NCBI GenBank assembly: GCA_032718475.1
Contig: JAUCBJ010006472.1
Span: 1 to 64,000 of the forward strand
Reading direction: 5' to 3'
DNA length: 64,000 bases
DNA from: Nemertoderma westbladi
Lineage: Eukaryota > Animalia > Xenacoelomorpha
Shown here: positions 1-11,405 of the stretch, in pieces
Numbering within the stretch: the stretch's first letter is position 1
How the letters are laid out: the number at the start of each line of letters is the position of its first letter
Translations under genes and position numbers: made by a program
Notes under the pieces: model-generated
Told to the model about the DNA's origin: nothing
Database searches by the model: none
What the model saw: the letters and a program-made list of their open reading frames with translations, nothing else

Positions 1-365
1 CTTATTCTTCATTCCGGAGACTTGAAGTTGTCTTATAAACTGATCAGTAGGTCCAATAATCATAAAAAAATACTTTCTCAATTAAAATTTTGTGCTCTTT
101 CTCGTGGAGACATCCAATTGGCACCAATGGGCACAGAAATTTGCAGACATTGAATACAAACCCCAAACTTCATCGCCTTACCGATATCGCGATATATCGG
201 AGCTAGTATCTTCTATGCCAGATATCTCGAAAACTAAGCAAGATATGGGAAAACGGTTTCCATATTTGGATTCAGCATGAAATTCTGCATCAGATAGGAT
301 ATGTTTCAAAAATTCGTCTTTTTGGTCAGAAAATGCGCTACCCCCCCCCCCCCCCCCCCCCCCCC
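1..365. mobile_element. Terminus of a non-autonomous DNA transposon ending in poly-C + TTAA (Kolobok-like)
   Basis: Ends ...GCGCTA(C)n then TTAA at 366-369, interrupting a LINE RT fragment; similar ...CCC|TTAA termini at 11192, 14283 and 2268. The other end is outside the window. Confidence 0.4.
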
Positions 366-369
366 TTAA

Positions 370-497
370 GTAGTTTTTATCCATCCACTCCAGCACATCC
401 ACGAGGCAACTCTCAGTTACTTTTACAGCGCTGTTTAATTCAAATGGCTTGAAAATCAAATATAATTGGGTATCATCCGCGTAGAAATGACAATGTA
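370..497 (-). pseudogene. LINE reverse transcriptase fragment (L2/CR1 group)
   Basis: Minus-strand translation HCHFYADDTQLYLIFKP...VTESCLVDVLEWMDKNYL includes the catalytic YADD motif in the FYADDTQLY context typical of L2/CR1-group RTs; truncated by the satellite and by the TTAA element. Confidence 0.8.
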
Positions 498-498
498 G

Positions 499-2131
499 CA
501 ATGAGTAACAATGAGCAACAATGAGCAACAAGGAGCAACAACGAGCAACAATGAGCAACAACAAGCAACAATGAGCAACAACGAGCAACAATGAGCAACA
601 ATGAGCAACAACGAGCAACAATGAGCAACAACGAGCAACAATGAGCAACGATGAGTAACAACGAGCAACAATGAGCAACAACGAGCAACAATGGGCAACA
701 ATGAACAACAATGAGCATAACAACGAGCAACAATAAGCAACAAGCAACAACGAGCAACAATGAGCGACAACGAGAAACAATGAGCAACAATGAGTAACAA
801 CGAGAAACAATGGGCAACAACGAGCAACAATGAGTAACAACGAGCAACAATGAGCAACAATGGGCAACAATGAGCATAACAACGAGCAACAATGAGCAAA
901 AACAAGCAATAATAAAGTAGAGCAACGAGTAACAACGAGCAACAATGAGCAATATTAAAGTACAACAACGAGTAACAATGAGCAACAACGAGCAACAACG
1001 AGCAACAATGTCCAACAACGAGCAATAATAAAGTACAACAACGAGTAACAATGAGCAACAACGAGCAACAATGAGCAACAACGGACAACAATGAGCAACA
1101 ACGAGCAACAACGAGCAACAACGAGCAATAATAAAGTACAACAACGAGTAACAATGAGCTACAACGAGCAATCTTAATGTACAACAACGAGCAACAATGA
1201 GCAACAACGAGCAACAATGAGCAACAACAATCAAGAATGAGCACCAACGAGCAATATTAAAGTACAACAACGAGTAACAATGAGCAACAACGAGCAACAA
1301 TGAGCAACAACGAGCAACAATGAGCTGAGTAACAACGAGCAACAATAAACTGAGCTACAACGAGCAACAATGAGCAACAACGAGCAACAACGAGCAACAA
1401 TGAGCCCCAACGAGCAACAACGAGCAACATTAGAGTACAACAACGAGCAACAATGAGCAACAACGAGCAACAATGAGACAACAACGACCAACAATGAGCA
1501 ATAATAAAGTACAACAACGAGTAACAACGAGCAACAATGAGCAATAATAAAGTACAACAACGAGTAACAATGAGCAACAACGAGCAACAATGAGCAACAA
1601 CGAACAACAATGAGCAACAATGAGCAACAATGAGTAACAACGAGCAACAATGAGCAACAACGAGCAACAATGGGCAACAATGAGCAACAATGAGCATAAC
1701 ATCGAGCAACAATGAGGAAAAAACGAGCAATAATAAAGTACAACAACGAGTAACAACGAGCAACAATGAGCAACAATGAGTAACAACGAGCAACAATGAG
1801 CAACAATGAGTAACAACGAGCAACAATGAGCAACAACGAGCAACAATGGGAAACAATGAGCAACAATGAGCATAACAACGAGCAACAATGAGCAAAAACG
1901 AGCAATAATAAAGTACAACAACGAGTAACAACGAGCAACAATGAGCAACAACGAACAACAATGAGCAACAAAGAGCAACAACGAGCAACAATGAGCAATA
2001 ATAAAGTACAACAACGAGTAACAATGAGCAACAACGAACAACAATGAGCAACTAAGAGCAACAACGAGCAACAATGAGCAACAATGAGTAACAATGAGTA
2101 ACAATGAGCAACAACGAGCAACAATGGGCAA
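499..2131. repeat. 10-bp minisatellite (GAGCAACAAT/GAGCAACAAC) with a recurrent longer variant GAGCAATAATAAAGTACAACAAC
   Basis: About 1.6 kb tandem array read directly; the variant unit recurs roughly ten times between about 905 and 2015. Confidence 0.97.
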
Positions 2132-3840
2132 TCTCTGATGATGATATATGGGGGGTATAGGTCAAGGTTAGAAGACTGTAGCTTTATTGGAAAGTGGATT
2201 TTTGTAAATGACCTCCTGTTTTCATGGTAATATGGGACCGATAAATCATGTTGCAAAGTTGGTTCCCCTTAAAAGATGAAAGGTATGGAAATTACCTACA
2301 CCTACACTGTTCGCGCTTTCAGACCTTTAGCAGTTTAACCTGCCAAATTTGGATGTCTTCTAGATTGTAAATCGACTTTAGCCTATGACGAGTATTTGAT
2401 ACACTACATTAGCCGAAGCCAGTCTATGCGCGACCATTCACCCGCTGGATATACCCGGGAGACTGGATTCGGAAGCTCAACCTTATTGCGGTGTAGGCCT
2501 ACTGTATTATTGGACTGATCGTTAATATATAATCTCTGACAAATATTATTCACTTTCGGGAAATATTAACAGTTCCTTTAGGACGTGGCGCTCTAAATAT
2601 GTAAACAGAGTTATGACTTAAACTAGACACAACGGGATGGCTCTGGATTCACGTATATAGCGCATTCTTTAGGAGATGCTTTGTTATCAGTCACATCACA
2701 ATCACAATCATATACACTACTGCACAATGCTGCACACCGATCTGCCGACCTTCACTAATTTTAGTCACATATAAAGAGAACAACAACCGACTCATGTAGT
2801 GCCTATGAAATAGCATTAGATTCACTCCAAAACCACTTTAATGTGAGTCACAACTGTTATATGTAACCGGTCTCTTACCTTCAGTATATCAAGAAGATTG
2901 GGGGTTTTATAATTATTTCTCGATATTCCAAATATAATAATATTCCATCAACTGATATAATCAATAACCGACAGTAAATAGCAGTAAAATGCGGTGTTTG
3001 TAAGATATGAATTTAATTGAGATGTGTTGAGATGTGAGTTGATATGATATGTTAAGTAGAATTGATATGATAACAGATATACGTTTCTATGATTAAGCCT
3101 ACTAATGTTGGGCTAAAGCCTGAAAACTCAGAAAATTCCAAGCCGGTCTTCATGGCATCAGGAAAAAAGGTAAACATTAACCCATAATGCATTGCGCGAT
3201 TTCCCGGAGGTTTCTGTACAAAAAGCAGGAGAATCGCTCTGATTGGTTGACCGAACAAAGAAACAACAGAGAACAAGGAAAAAGCTACACGTGTACAGAT
3301 CAGCTGTTAGCTGTCGTCATAGTAACTACACTGTTTCAAGAGGATTTTAGCTTATTGCGACATAGAATTGCTAGTTATGTCCGCTAAAGTACACATACAG
3401 AAGAAATGGCTTTTTATGTCCACTAAAACACCGGTACAGTAAGGAAACGGCTTTTTATGTCCGTTAAAACACCTACAGAGTACTTTGCGGGGAAAATAAC
3501 CGGCTAATTCCGCAAAAGCTTTTACATACACCTATGCCAATTATGGGAAGTTTGTCCAGAACGTCCACATTAACTTGCTAAGCGACCTGACGACTTACTG
3601 TACACGCCATGTAATGAACAATAATTGCACTACACAACGCGCACGACTACTGATTACTAAACAATCTATCACGGCTAGAGCCCCGGAAGTGGAACAATCT
3701 TCCTATTCTATGTAGTAAGACAAGCAACAACTTTTACATTTGTCAAAAAACATGTACTGTATGCGAGTCCCTGAGCTCAAGTCTCAAATTGTAGTAAACT
3801 ATTAAAATATACCCACGTCCTTATTTATCAACGTACCTCT
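2131..3840 (+). repeat. Local duplication of 14148-14625 (transposon end plus flank), interrupted by a solo LTR
   Basis: 2131-2304 matches 14148-14319 and 3527-3840 matches 14312-14625 at high identity; the 14 kb copy shows the empty site. Confidence 0.9.
2308..3526 (-). mobile_element. BEL/Pao solo LTR (about 1.2 kb)
   Basis: TGT...ACA termini, 5-bp TSD TACAC (2303-2307, 3527-3531). On the minus strand it begins TGTAAAAGCTTTTG and ends AAAGCGCGAACA, like the LTR at 39908-41112, with diverged internal similarity. Confidence 0.85.
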
Positions 3841-5111
3841 TAAGTTCGTCTCTCAAAAGTTAAGATTTAGTTTAGTTTCATTTTTCTAATTTAGATGTAG
3901 ATATTATAAAACAATAAAAATAATAAAAATCTACCCAACATCTAACATATCCGATAGGCCTACCACAATAGGGTTGGTACCTCAAAAAAATTTTCTATAA
4001 ACACGTTTATAAAATGTAAAAAGGTGTGCTGATCACGACTCTGAAAAGCGTTTTTAAATTCATCGAGTTCCGGCTGAGATTGACGGGTTTATACACAAGC
4101 GCGGGAAAATCGTAGTTTAAACGCTCTGATTTACTGTACCACTTACTGTTCCACTTTGTCAAAAACGAACGAACGCAACGAGGCTCAAGAGGAGGACGAG
4201 TATTGTGTTGAAGACTTCTGACTAACGGCAGACAACTCGTTAATGGTGACCATATGCTAAAGGCTTTGCTCACTTCGTGCTGCGCGAAGGCCCCACGAAC
4301 GTGTAGTTATTGGTAGCCCTCCACTACTGTGTGTTTGAGTTTTTCTGCGTGACTTAGTAAGTAACTTATAGTTGAATGTCAGTTTTCTATTAGGTCGGGT
4401 TAATATCAGTCAGGTTAGGTAATTTGGAGAATAGATTCGAGCACAAGTGGCAGAAAATCTGCGCAAAACGACATCTGCCAGTAGATTTGGTTTTCCAAGG
4501 ACGTAAAATGTAAGTAATGTTCTTAATAAATTTAGGTACTATTGGGCTCTTTTGGGTTCTATTGGGTGCTTCTTTTGCGTGTTTTTGGGTTTTTTGGGAG
4601 TTTAATAGGACCTCAGATAAAGCAATAAGTGATTAGGGTGTGACATTATGTAGCAGCTATAATGGCACTTAGCGGTGGACCATTTCTAAGAAAGTTGTGG
4701 GCCTTTTTCTGAGGCGGGTGGGCCAAATGGCCGACCAGTTGAATTCTTAAAATAAATAGTTGTGTTGCCTGTTCGATAGGGGTAGACTAAATAAGGGAAG
4801 ATTCAAGGAAATGTGGCTGAACTGGTTAGAGCTACTGACTGAGGAGAGGCCCTAATATTTACAGTACTGGTAATGGGGCCCAGTGTTTGATAATAATAAT
4901 AAAAATAATATAATAATAATAATATGATGCACTAGTAACATAACATTCATATATTAATCATTTAAAATTATATATATATATAGTCACTGCATCAAAATAA
5001 AATGTCGATACACAGCCCATAAAGGCATATTATTATGAAGAAAAAAACATTTCAGTTGGATGATCAAGGTTAATATTATTACTGGAATTTCATAAATCCA
5101 TGGAAAAACAT

Positions 5112-5773
5112 TCAACGGTTTTCAAGATTTAAAAATATCGGGGGCAATAATTGTCCTCGGGGGGCAATTCTCCGGGGCGCAATTGTCCTAGTTCCCTCCC
5201 CACTGCGGATACATTTGTGGCGCTTTACACGATGTCGTTGGGAGAAACATTTCCCGCATGTATCGCAGCTAAACGGTCGTTCCCCTGTATGTGTCCGCTT
5301 ATGGGACGTTAGTTTGCCGCTCTCTATAAATCCCTTCCCGCACGTGTCGCACACGTACGGACGCTCACCTGTGTGAATTCTTTTGTGGGACCTTAGTTTG
5401 CAGCTCTCTGTAAATCCCTTCCCGCACGTGTCGCACACGTACGGACGCTCACCTGTGTGCGTACGCTTGTGTATCGTTAGGGAACTTAGGTGAGAGAAAT
5501 TTTTGTAGCAGATGCCGCATTGGTAAGGACGCTCGCCGGTGTGGATGCGTTGGTGTCTAATTAGGTGGCTGTTTCTTTCGAATCTCTTACCACAAGTGCC
5601 ACAAGTATCACAGCTGAAGGGCTTATCATTTGAGCGGTTTCGTATCACAATATCCTGAGGTTGAATCCCAGAGGGACCAGGTTGGTCGAAGGAATTATTC
5701 ATACTTCCGGGTGTTACGTCATCGCCGGAAGTGAGCATGTCTGAATCTTCAAGGGATGGTTGTGATTTGTCGC
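5112..5773 (-). CDS. C2H2 zinc-finger protein, exon 2 (four intact fingers plus one degenerate finger)
   Basis: Repeated CxxC...HxxxH with HTGERP linkers; acceptor ttttctatAG| ending at 5774, phase 1, matching the donor at 6429. Confidence 0.85.
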
Positions 5774-6429
5774 CTATAGAAAATAAGGGAGTTAATAATG
5801 GATAATAATTTATCAATTAATTAATTTATCACAATAATTTATATAATATTAATAATGGATAATAATTTATCATGCAATAATAAAATAAAATAATAGTGAT
5901 TTTTTATTAAAATTTTAAAATAATGCAAGTATAGAATATAGATAATTAATTTTTATACATAATTAGTCAATATGAGTAGATTACAATACTGTAGTTTTAA
6001 ATCCATATAATTTCCGATAGATTTATTTTAATTTAGTAATAATTATAAATATATTTTCGATTCGACATTGTAAAATAATCCATGTGAGGTTTATTCATGA
6101 AATCTAATACCGTTACAAACAAATATATCAAGGAATCAGAGGTTGAAATCAAATAGTTGATTTGGGTTTAAAAATTAAAAAATTGTTTATTTTTACATTT
6201 TCTGATATTTTCTATGATTTATTAACTGCAAAACACCCATTCAGCCTAAATAAACCTATTAACATCTAAATATTTTTATTAAAATCAAACCAGACTCATA
6301 CTGTAGGCCCTATCTATTGAGAGTTTAGGAGGCAACTAAACTTAGAACTATCATAACTGTCACTACAAACTGATTAGTTTGTAGGCAATACGGACTAAAG
6401 GTTGTTTAATCTAACATATAGTAACTCAC

Positions 6430-7372
6430 CGATACCGGAAACTGTTGTTGATTTAGTTCTTAACGGGAGGTTGTAGGTGTTGGGAAGGTTTCCTAGAGGC
6501 TGAGTAATGAGGTTTGGCGAGGAACTAGTGGGTGTGGAGAGACCCTGGGTGGTGTGGGGGGTCGATGAGCTAGTTCCTGTTAGGATATCGTGGCGGATTC
6601 CATATGCTACATCTACAGGGGAGAACAACTCCTTCAAGCCATCGCCAACCTCATTTAGATCGGGTTTATATTCAAGTTCGTCTTCCGTCTTAATGCGTAG
6701 GATTACCGGAACATCTGACTGGTCTGCTGATAGAGGTTTGGTAGAATAGTGGTTTGAGTTGGTTGTGGTAACTGCGGGGGTATAGGAGGATATGTTGTTA
6801 TAAGATAATAAAGTTAAACTGGTTGTATTATTGCTCGATTCAGATTCAATGAGGTTTGGTTTGGTGTCTATCGGACACAGTTTGGGATCCATTTGTCTTT
6901 GTTCTCCCGGTAGGTCTGTCTGGTTGAGATGTTGTAACCTCACCACAGGCTGCATAGAGGAGTGTTCGGTAGGCGGCGTGCGTTGATTCGAGTATCGAGA
7001 TTGCGGATGCTTTCCTGTCGCAGGATTGTAATTGTAGTGGTACGTAGGTGTCGACGCCGATGCCGTCAATGGACACTGCGGCATACTGGTCTCGCGGTTA
7101 CCGGTAGTCGGGACAGTGTCCGGCGATTGGATCGTGTTATCCGAGGTGGTGGCGGAGGTGTTACACCCAGAGGAGAGTGAACGTAGCAGCCACTCAGTAA
7201 TATGACCTGCCGTACATTTATTTACGACATAATAGTCTAGAAAACTCGAGTTCGCGTCCAGGTATTCTTCGAGAAACGTACGCACAAACGAATAATTTTC
7301 TGAACAGATGTTCGCGAACATAGATTTGGTAATTAGCAATGCGTTGTCCGACTCACAAGTAAACCTTTCCAT
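6430..7372 (-). CDS. C2H2 zinc-finger protein, exon 1 (compact N-terminal region plus S/T/P-rich linker)
   Basis: Long ORF from ATG 7372; donor G|GTGAGT at 6430/6429, phase 1; joined CDS 1605 nt, 534 aa; contains IKTED motif typical of ZF linkers. Confidence 0.8.
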
Positions 7373-7802
7373 TGTATGATTGTTGTTACTTCAGAGTTCA
7401 GTCTGTCAGGTTGTCCCGGTTCAAGAACCAAAAAATGTTTTAATATAGGCCTAATGCCCAAATGCTAATGCATGTAATGCTGTAATGACTGAATGAGCAA
7501 ATACGTTATCAGTACTAATATTAATTCTACAATTAATAAGGCAGTGATTTTTAATGTCCGTTTATTTGACTTTATTGTCCCCCTTTTTTAACGAATTGTG
7601 CATAATGCTGTAATGACTTTTATTCCAAAATTGTAACATTACTCTGTTACTCAACGCCGTTAGTATTAAGAGCGAGTTGTTATTTAGCACTTTACAACTT
7701 TAGAGGACATTACAGCATTGATTGGCCTGTACATTTAGTAGGCCTATTGAATTTGGTGTTATTGTTTACGTGACGACGTTAACGTTAAGTAATGTCCACT
7801 AA

Positions 7803-8200
7803 AGGCCTGTTTACACGTGGCAACTTTTAGAGCAACTTTCTCGGCAACTAGCAACTTTTTTTAGAGCAACTTAATTTAATCGCTGTTTACACGTGGCAAC
7901 TTTACCAGCAACTGTACCAGCAACTTGGCCGGCAACTTTTAGAGCAACTTGGCTAGTTTGACTGTAAAATAGTGGGTCATTTTATTTACTAGCTAGTTTG
8001 TTAATTAAATCTGATTATCCCGCTTTACTTCGCCAACGCAAATTCAGAAATTCCTTCAAGTTGCCGTAAAAGTTGAGCAACTTTTACGGCAACTTTTTTA
8101 CGTGTTTACACGGAGCAACATGATCGGCAACCTGGCACCTGGGTTGCTCTACAAGTTGCCGAGAAAGTTGCTCTAAAAGTTGCCACGTGTAAACAGGCCT
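7803..8200. mobile_element. PIF/Harbinger (Tourist-like) MITE
   Basis: TIR AGGCCTGTTTACACGTGGCAACTTTTAGAGCAACTTTCTCGGCAACT at both ends; 3-bp TSD TAA (7800-7802, 8201-8203); internal GCAACT repeats. Confidence 0.92.
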
Positions 8201-8578
8201 TAAGGGGACATAACTTTAACGCCGTCATTGGATACCACGTAAACAATACAGCAATAGGTGGAAATTTCCCTGACAGAAAGATAAGCCTACTGCATGACCT
8301 ACCGGTAGCGCGGTAGGCGGGGTATACCTATTAATAACCAGTACGGCCTAGCTATATTATTATAATATAACATATGGCTATCCAAATGCCGCGATAAATA
8401 TAAGCTAACTTATATTCATAACAAAATTTATGTCATTTTTACAATTATTTATACAGCAACTAATATATTTGTGCAGTTTTTATCACTTATAATGTATATG
8501 TACAAACATTTCGTAATGTTAAAATTTTGGAATAAAACGACATAGGGCCTACAGTACATTGTTGCAAAGTACTTTACA

Positions 8579-8660
8579 TTGTTCTGATCCTCGTGGCTTT
8601 ATTTTCACTTACTCACTAATTGCTCTGATCCTCGTGGCTTTATTTTCACTCACTCACTAA
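8579..8660. repeat. 41-bp tandem duplication
   Basis: TTG(T/C)TCTGATCCTCGTGGCTTTATTTTCACT(T/C)ACTCACTAA x2. Confidence 0.9.
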
Positions 8661-9538
8661 TGTTCGTTCGTGTAACAAAGCCACTCGGATCATCACACTG
8701 TAAAGTGCTACTTTACTCACAAGTATGTAAATACATGTACATACATCCCAGTGAAAAATGAGTATGTGCATCTCATGTGTTTCATGTTCGAGATGTGTAA
8801 AACCAACGTCATGAATACAAGTGTATGTTTTATGATTGTGTTTTCTAATGTGGGACAAACTGGTAGTAATCGCAGTAGAAACACATTCGTAACTAAGTGG
8901 TAACCAATGTTAAGCAACACATTGAAATAATTGGTTCCGTTAGGGTTACACATCAGTTATGTATGTTTAACACTAGCATATGTGTGTTGTATTACGTGAT
9001 ACTAATCTGTTGCACATTGGGGAAAATATAAAATGTAAATCATGAGTATTGGCAAATCCTATCCAAAATGGGACACTATTGTCACATCACATAAGAAAAT
9101 AATAAGTATTTTATGCAATCCACAATGGTTTATAATATGTTCCCAATGAGTTTCTCAAATTGGTTTTGCTGTATGAGTAACCAATTCGTAACAAATACTA
9201 ACCTGAGTGATTTTGGCGCTCAGCCAATGAAATGTCAGACAGTGAACAGTGATGGGTATAGCAGTAGCAGAGTACCGGTACTGGAACTTTACATTTCAGC
9301 ATTTGTGCTGTCAGGCTGTAGTCAGGATGTCAGGTAGTGCTGTAGTGCTGTAGCAGTACTGTAGTCTGGTAGTACTGCAGTACTGGAGTACTGAGTACAG
9401 CTACTGGTGCGGTAGTCCTAATGCAGGTCTGGGAAATTAGCCCAATAGGGAAACTTATTTATTTCCCTATAGGGAAATCATCTACCGGTATAAGTTTAGG
9501 GCTATAAGTTTAGACAGATATATGAGGTTACACCGCGT

Positions 9539-11405
9539 ATGATGACGGTAATTGACGATTCGGCACCGCGTACCAAACGACTTCGATTTAGCTCCTATAA
9601 GAGTATTGGGCCGGCAATTCCCTCATCTGATGACGATGAATGTGTTACCGGTAGTGGTAACTTCAAACGACCGCACCCAGTGTTATCACTTTCAAATGCA
9701 GGTTCTCAGCAGCCGCAATCAATGTTTTCGCGGCCTAATCCAGTTCCTCCATTTACACCATTATCTAATAATAGTACTGCGACCAATCGATTGGAATCTG
9801 CTATCGATCCAGAACGTTTCTTAACTTCACCATCACCATCTCTTCCCGTATTTAATATTGCCAGGCCCAATCTGCCATCCGTTACTTCTGAAAATGGACT
9901 TGACTGGAGGGGCAGTCCTTTCTGCGAATGCTGGAATTTCGACACCCACTGTGTCATCGCCAGTATTACCAGCGAATGATGATGTTTATATGCGTCAATT
10001 AAGGAATTCAATATCAGCTGCTCCCAGCAGTACTAGTGATAGGCCTACTTCTCCTACATTGAGTGATTATCGTAGGTTGTCTGGGTCTACATCTCTCAAT
10101 ATTAAGACCATGTCTGATCGACAACTAGCTGAGGCTAATTTCGCTCTAAGTTATAACAACCGAAATGATATTATTAGCCTCGGAATTCAAGTTGGTAGAA
10201 TGAAGGACAATATTCTGATATTAAGAAACATACTACCTGTGGGGGAGCGGAGACTACAGGTAGATCATCAGCACTTCCTGGGCCAGCGAATTCGAAAGAG
10301 GAATTAGCGAGTTTACTATCCAATGGCAATATCGAGAAACACTTATTATCACTTGGGGGACCTAATCTGCGAGCGACAGTTAGTCGCCAAATGCAGCGTC
10401 TCATTACCCGAGAATTTGGGCTGCAATGTTCAATGACAGGAAAAAGTCATGGCTCTTTAGCTGGTCCTGGTGGGGCCAAATATTCCCTACCGGTAGTTAA
10501 ATTGGGTGTATTAAAAGCCCTAATTTCTGTAAATTCAAAATCACCAGGATTCAACGAATATATAATTGAGCAGGCATTAATGAAAGCACACCGCTGCTAT
10601 ATCGACAAACGACGTTTACCTAAAGCCTAAAGGTAAGGACATTAACTTTACTTTAGTAGTTTTTATAAATTGCTTGTTTCATAGTTTGTGTTTTTGCGAT
10701 ATTTTTACACTCGATATTTTTTAATCGCGATATTTTTCAAGTCTTGATATTTACCACAAATACGCAGTTACCATGGTAACTAGATATTTCTGGAACGTCT
10801 TGAAATTTACATAATGTTCCAGCTTGTGGGTTCTTGTTCCAGCTATGATGCAAATAAAGTTTCAGAACATTTTATTGTATAGTTTATGCCCGAATTAACG
10901 ATTCTTGTATCAAAACGTCTGTTTGCAACGGTTGTCATGGAAACTGAAAAATAGAACAATGTAATTTGGATGAAAATTAATTAAATTTTTGCATAGACTT
11001 ATATTACTGTACATATTTATTACATATAGTACTTATCGTTACAAATGTTATCGTTACAAAATTGCCACGGAAACCAGATTTTTCCCAGACATCTGACCTA
11101 CACGACGCGCGTTGATGAGTAATATATGCTTGAAAAATTCCAGGGCAATTTTAAAGGCTAGTGTTACCCCCCCCCCCCCCCCCCCCCCCCCCTTAAAATA
11201 TTTGATTAATTAATTAATACATATATACATTTTATATTTAGCTGATGCTGATGTCATTGTGGAGAGCCCGGGGGATGATATCCGAGATGATGTAACGGTA
11301 CCTGATACTCTTGCAGAGCAACGAGCTGAAGATTCTCAAACCCATGTTGATGGTTTATCTTCCGACCTGGATGTCCTAGATAACTTGCTAGAAGAGGGAT
11401 TATGA
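9539..11405 (+). pseudogene. Disrupted two-exon DUF4806-like transposon accessory gene
   Basis: ORFs 9539-9979, 9858-10307 and about 10241-10630 join through frameshifts near 9900 and 10241. LLSLGGPNLRATVSRQMQRLITREFGLQCSMTGK resembles the DUF4806 core. Donor AAAG|GTAAG at about 10632 follows a 7-bp duplication (CCTAAAG x2); acceptor AG 11240-11241; exon 11242-11405 is open (ADADVIVES...LEEGL*). Confidence 0.6.
10740..11192. mobile_element. Partial TTAA-ended (Kolobok-like) MITE inside the DUF4806-like intron
   Basis: Ends GTGTTA(C)n then TTAA at 11193-11196; contains GTTACCATGGTAAC-type palindromes like the 13311-14283 element. Left boundary approximate. Confidence 0.4.

Noticed and set aside
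341-365. Poly-C/poly-G runs (also 11167, 20824, 50063, 50877, 60102) as G-quadruplex elements
   Set aside because: Mostly parts of MITE termini; homopolymer lengths are unreliable and there is no independent support.
178-2256. Six long Cys/Leu/Val-rich minus-strand ORFs
   Set aside because: Translations of the 10-bp satellite in all three frames; only the RT fragment at 370-497 is meaningful.
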